The notes beneath the pieces were generated by a model. The model was not told where the DNA came from. It saw only the letters and a program-made list of their open reading frames with translations, and made no database searches. A stretch of 64,000 nucleotides of DNA from an uncultured delta proteobacterium (GTDB lineage: Bacteria > Desulfobacterota > Desulfobacteria > Desulfobacterales > Desulfatirhabdiaceae): NCBI GenBank assembly GCA_963789395.1, contig CAWBKP010000012.1, positions 96,001 through 160,000 of the forward strand. The letters are read 5' to 3'. Both the position numbers and the translations under genes were made by a program. Of the stretch, positions 62,098-64,000 are shown one piece after another (position 1 is the stretch's first letter; every line of letters begins with the position of its first letter).

Positions 62098-62469
62098 CTA
62101 CAACGTCTGGGTGACAGAATCAAGGGTGACCGCCAATGCCGCCCGTGCCCATGAAAATCTGGCCTTGGTGGCATCAAAATCCGGACCGGAGGCTATAAAG
62201 GCCGCAGTGCCCTTGATCAGAAAGCCGGTGCCAGGGCCGTTTTTGCCGGCAACCTTGCTGCTGCCCATCGTAATCAATACCTTATTGTTGACGGCGATGT
62301 TCGCCTCCGTCTGGTGCATGTAGCCGGCCGGAATCAGCAACCGCCCATCGTCTGTGATTCGTATGTAACTGTTCCATGTGTTAACCATATGCGGGCCATC
62401 TTGACCCAGGGTAGCAATAGCAACCACCCCATCCTTTTTCAGAACTTCAAGCATTTTTTCCGGAATCAT
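62098..62469 (-). CDS. FMN-binding protein (pyridoxamine 5'-phosphate oxidase-like split barrel)
   Basis: GVVAIAT..DGPHMVNTWNSY, TEAN, GSSKVAG.NGPGTGFLIKG, WARAAL, QTL: Desulfovibrio FMN-bp-like. Confidence 0.88.
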   Translation of the reverse strand: MIPEKMLEVLKKDGVVAIATLGQDGPHMVNTWNSYIRITDDGRLLIPAGYMHQTEANIAVNNKVLITMGSSKVAGKNGPGTGFLIKGTAAFIASGPDFDATKARFSWARAALAVTLDSVTQTL

Positions 62470-62515
62470 CGTGATTACCTCCTGTAGTTTGTGTGTTTAT
62501 AAAATCTGAGACGGG

Positions 62516-62581
62516 AAATGTGCCACCATTGTTTATGCAAATTTTTCAAGATACAAGGGGGCACATTTTCTTTGACACCAT
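62516..62581. promoter_or_regulatory. Candidate MocR-family binding sites in the divergent promoter region
   Basis: Inverted pair aaatgtgcc (62516) / ggcacattt (62560) plus direct repeat tgccaccat (62521) / tgacaccat (62573). Confidence 0.5.
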
Positions 62582-62644
62582 GCAAAAGTTTTCTTAGACT
62601 GCTTTCAAACAGACAACAGAATACTTGTAATGATCGGGAACAGC

Positions 62645-64000
62645 ATGTTCATTCTGGACAATCATGACCCAAACCCGTTATACAGGCAACTTTATGATCA
62701 GATCAGAGAGCACGTTCTGTCAGGCAAAGCTTCCCGCCGATTTCAAGCTCCCATCAGTCAGGACATTGTCTGACGAACTTTCCACCAGCCGCAATACGGT
62801 AGAAACCGCCTACCAGGAATTGTACGCGGAAGGATACATCTACACCAAACCGCGCAGCGGGTATTTTGTTTCGGGGCTTGACCAGGACGCAGCGCCGTTA
62901 TCATTGCACAATAAGCCACGAAAATGCTAATCGGCTCCCTGTGTCCCCGCAGCGCTATGATTATGATTTTCATCCCGCACGGCTCCATCCGGAAAGTTTC
63001 CCGGCACCCCTATGGCGTAAGCTCTTCATGGAATCCCTGCGCGAAAGTTCCAGACAGCTTGTCCAGTATGGTGATCCCCAGGGAGAATGGGGGTTGCGCT
63101 GCTCATTCAGCAATATCTGGAACGTTCGCGTGGTGTGGTCTGCGACCCGGAACAGATCGTCATATGCACCGGACTTCAACACAGCCTCGACATCATCGCG
63201 CATATGGTGAAAGAAAATCACTCCTTGGTGGCTGTCGAGAATCCCGGCTACCACCTGCCGCGTTCCGTTTTCCGAAACCATTCCTTTGAAATTATACCCA
63301 TACCCGTCGGATCAAGCGGAATTGACCTGGATGTGCTCAGAGCCAGTGGGTAGCACCATTGCCTATGTTACCCCCTCGCACCAACTACCCATGGGATGCG
63401 TGATGCCTGTTGCCAACCGGTTAAAATTGATCGATTGGGCCGAATCAGGCGGAAAGCTGATAATCGAAGACGATTACGACAGCGAACTGCGCTACCACGG
63501 CAAGCCTATCCCCTCATTACAAGGGCTGCGACCACATGGGAATATCATCTATTCCGGAACGTTCTCCAAGATACTGTCTCCGGCACTGCGCGTGAACTAC
63601 CTGGTGATGCCTCACTCACTGCTTGCCGTGTACCGCCGACTTTTCCAGGATTATTTTTCCACGGTTTCGCTGCTGGAACAGAGAACCCTGGAAAAATTCA
63701 TGGAGCAGGGCCACTGGGACCGACATGTACGGCGGATGCGCACGATCTATAAAAAGAAGCACGATACGCTGCTCCGGGCTGTCGCACACCATTTCGGCAC
63801 CAGAGTCGTTGTCATTGGTCAGGGGGCAGGGCTTCATGTCGTGTTGCAGTTACCGAAGAACGCGCCCGGCGAACCTGAGATCATCAATCGAGCCAAACAA
63901 AAAGGAATTCGCCTGTTTCCGTTCACCACTACCTGCGCTGCCGGTGAACCCGACTCAACTATGATATTACTCGGCTTCGGCGGAATGACCGCCAACAAGA
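62645..64000 (+). CDS. MocR/GabR-family PLP-dependent transcriptional regulator; several frameshifts; runs off the window
   Basis: LPSVRTL..SRNTV..AY..L.AEGY..RSGYFV; YGDPQGE; VENPGY; YVTPSHQ; IIEDDYDSE; GTFSK. Confidence 0.88.

Overview
Bacterial chromosomal window; gene content suggests an anaerobic Desulfobacterota-like organism (inference). It holds about 50 genes: a SAM methyltransferase, a DapF homologue with both catalytic Cys replaced by Ser, a decayed RHH/MazF toxin-antitoxin pair, an orphan SdhA/NadB-family flavoprotein, the MrfAB-type helicase/exonuclease pair, an orphan molybdopterin oxidoreductase, an unassigned glycyl-radical enzyme operon (GRE + activase + tandem split-barrel flavoprotein), a class III nucleotide cyclase, a group II intron remnant, a large LOG-domain protein, a full nuo (complex I) operon with fused NuoBCD, murI, a corrinoid methyltransferase operon pairing a pyrrolysine-free MtmB homologue with a pyrrolysine-free MttB homologue, pyk/pgm, a KamA-like radical SAM + crotonase + ADP-forming acyl-CoA ligase trio behind an IS701 element, a Dpp-type ABC transporter upstream of a saccharopine-dehydrogenase-like gene, an XRE-DctP fusion regulator and an MmgE/PrpD gene, and a divergent FMN-binding protein/MocR pair. 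Many genes, including core nuo subunits, carry 1-bp frameshifts, which most likely reflect sequencing or assembly indels. Best candidates for undescribed systems: the non-Pyl MtmB/MttB operon (36.7-41.1 kb), the GRE operon (10.2-14.6 kb) and the XRE-DctP/opine-like catabolic cluster (51.6-61.7 kb). All family calls come from motif recognition by eye; no searches were run.
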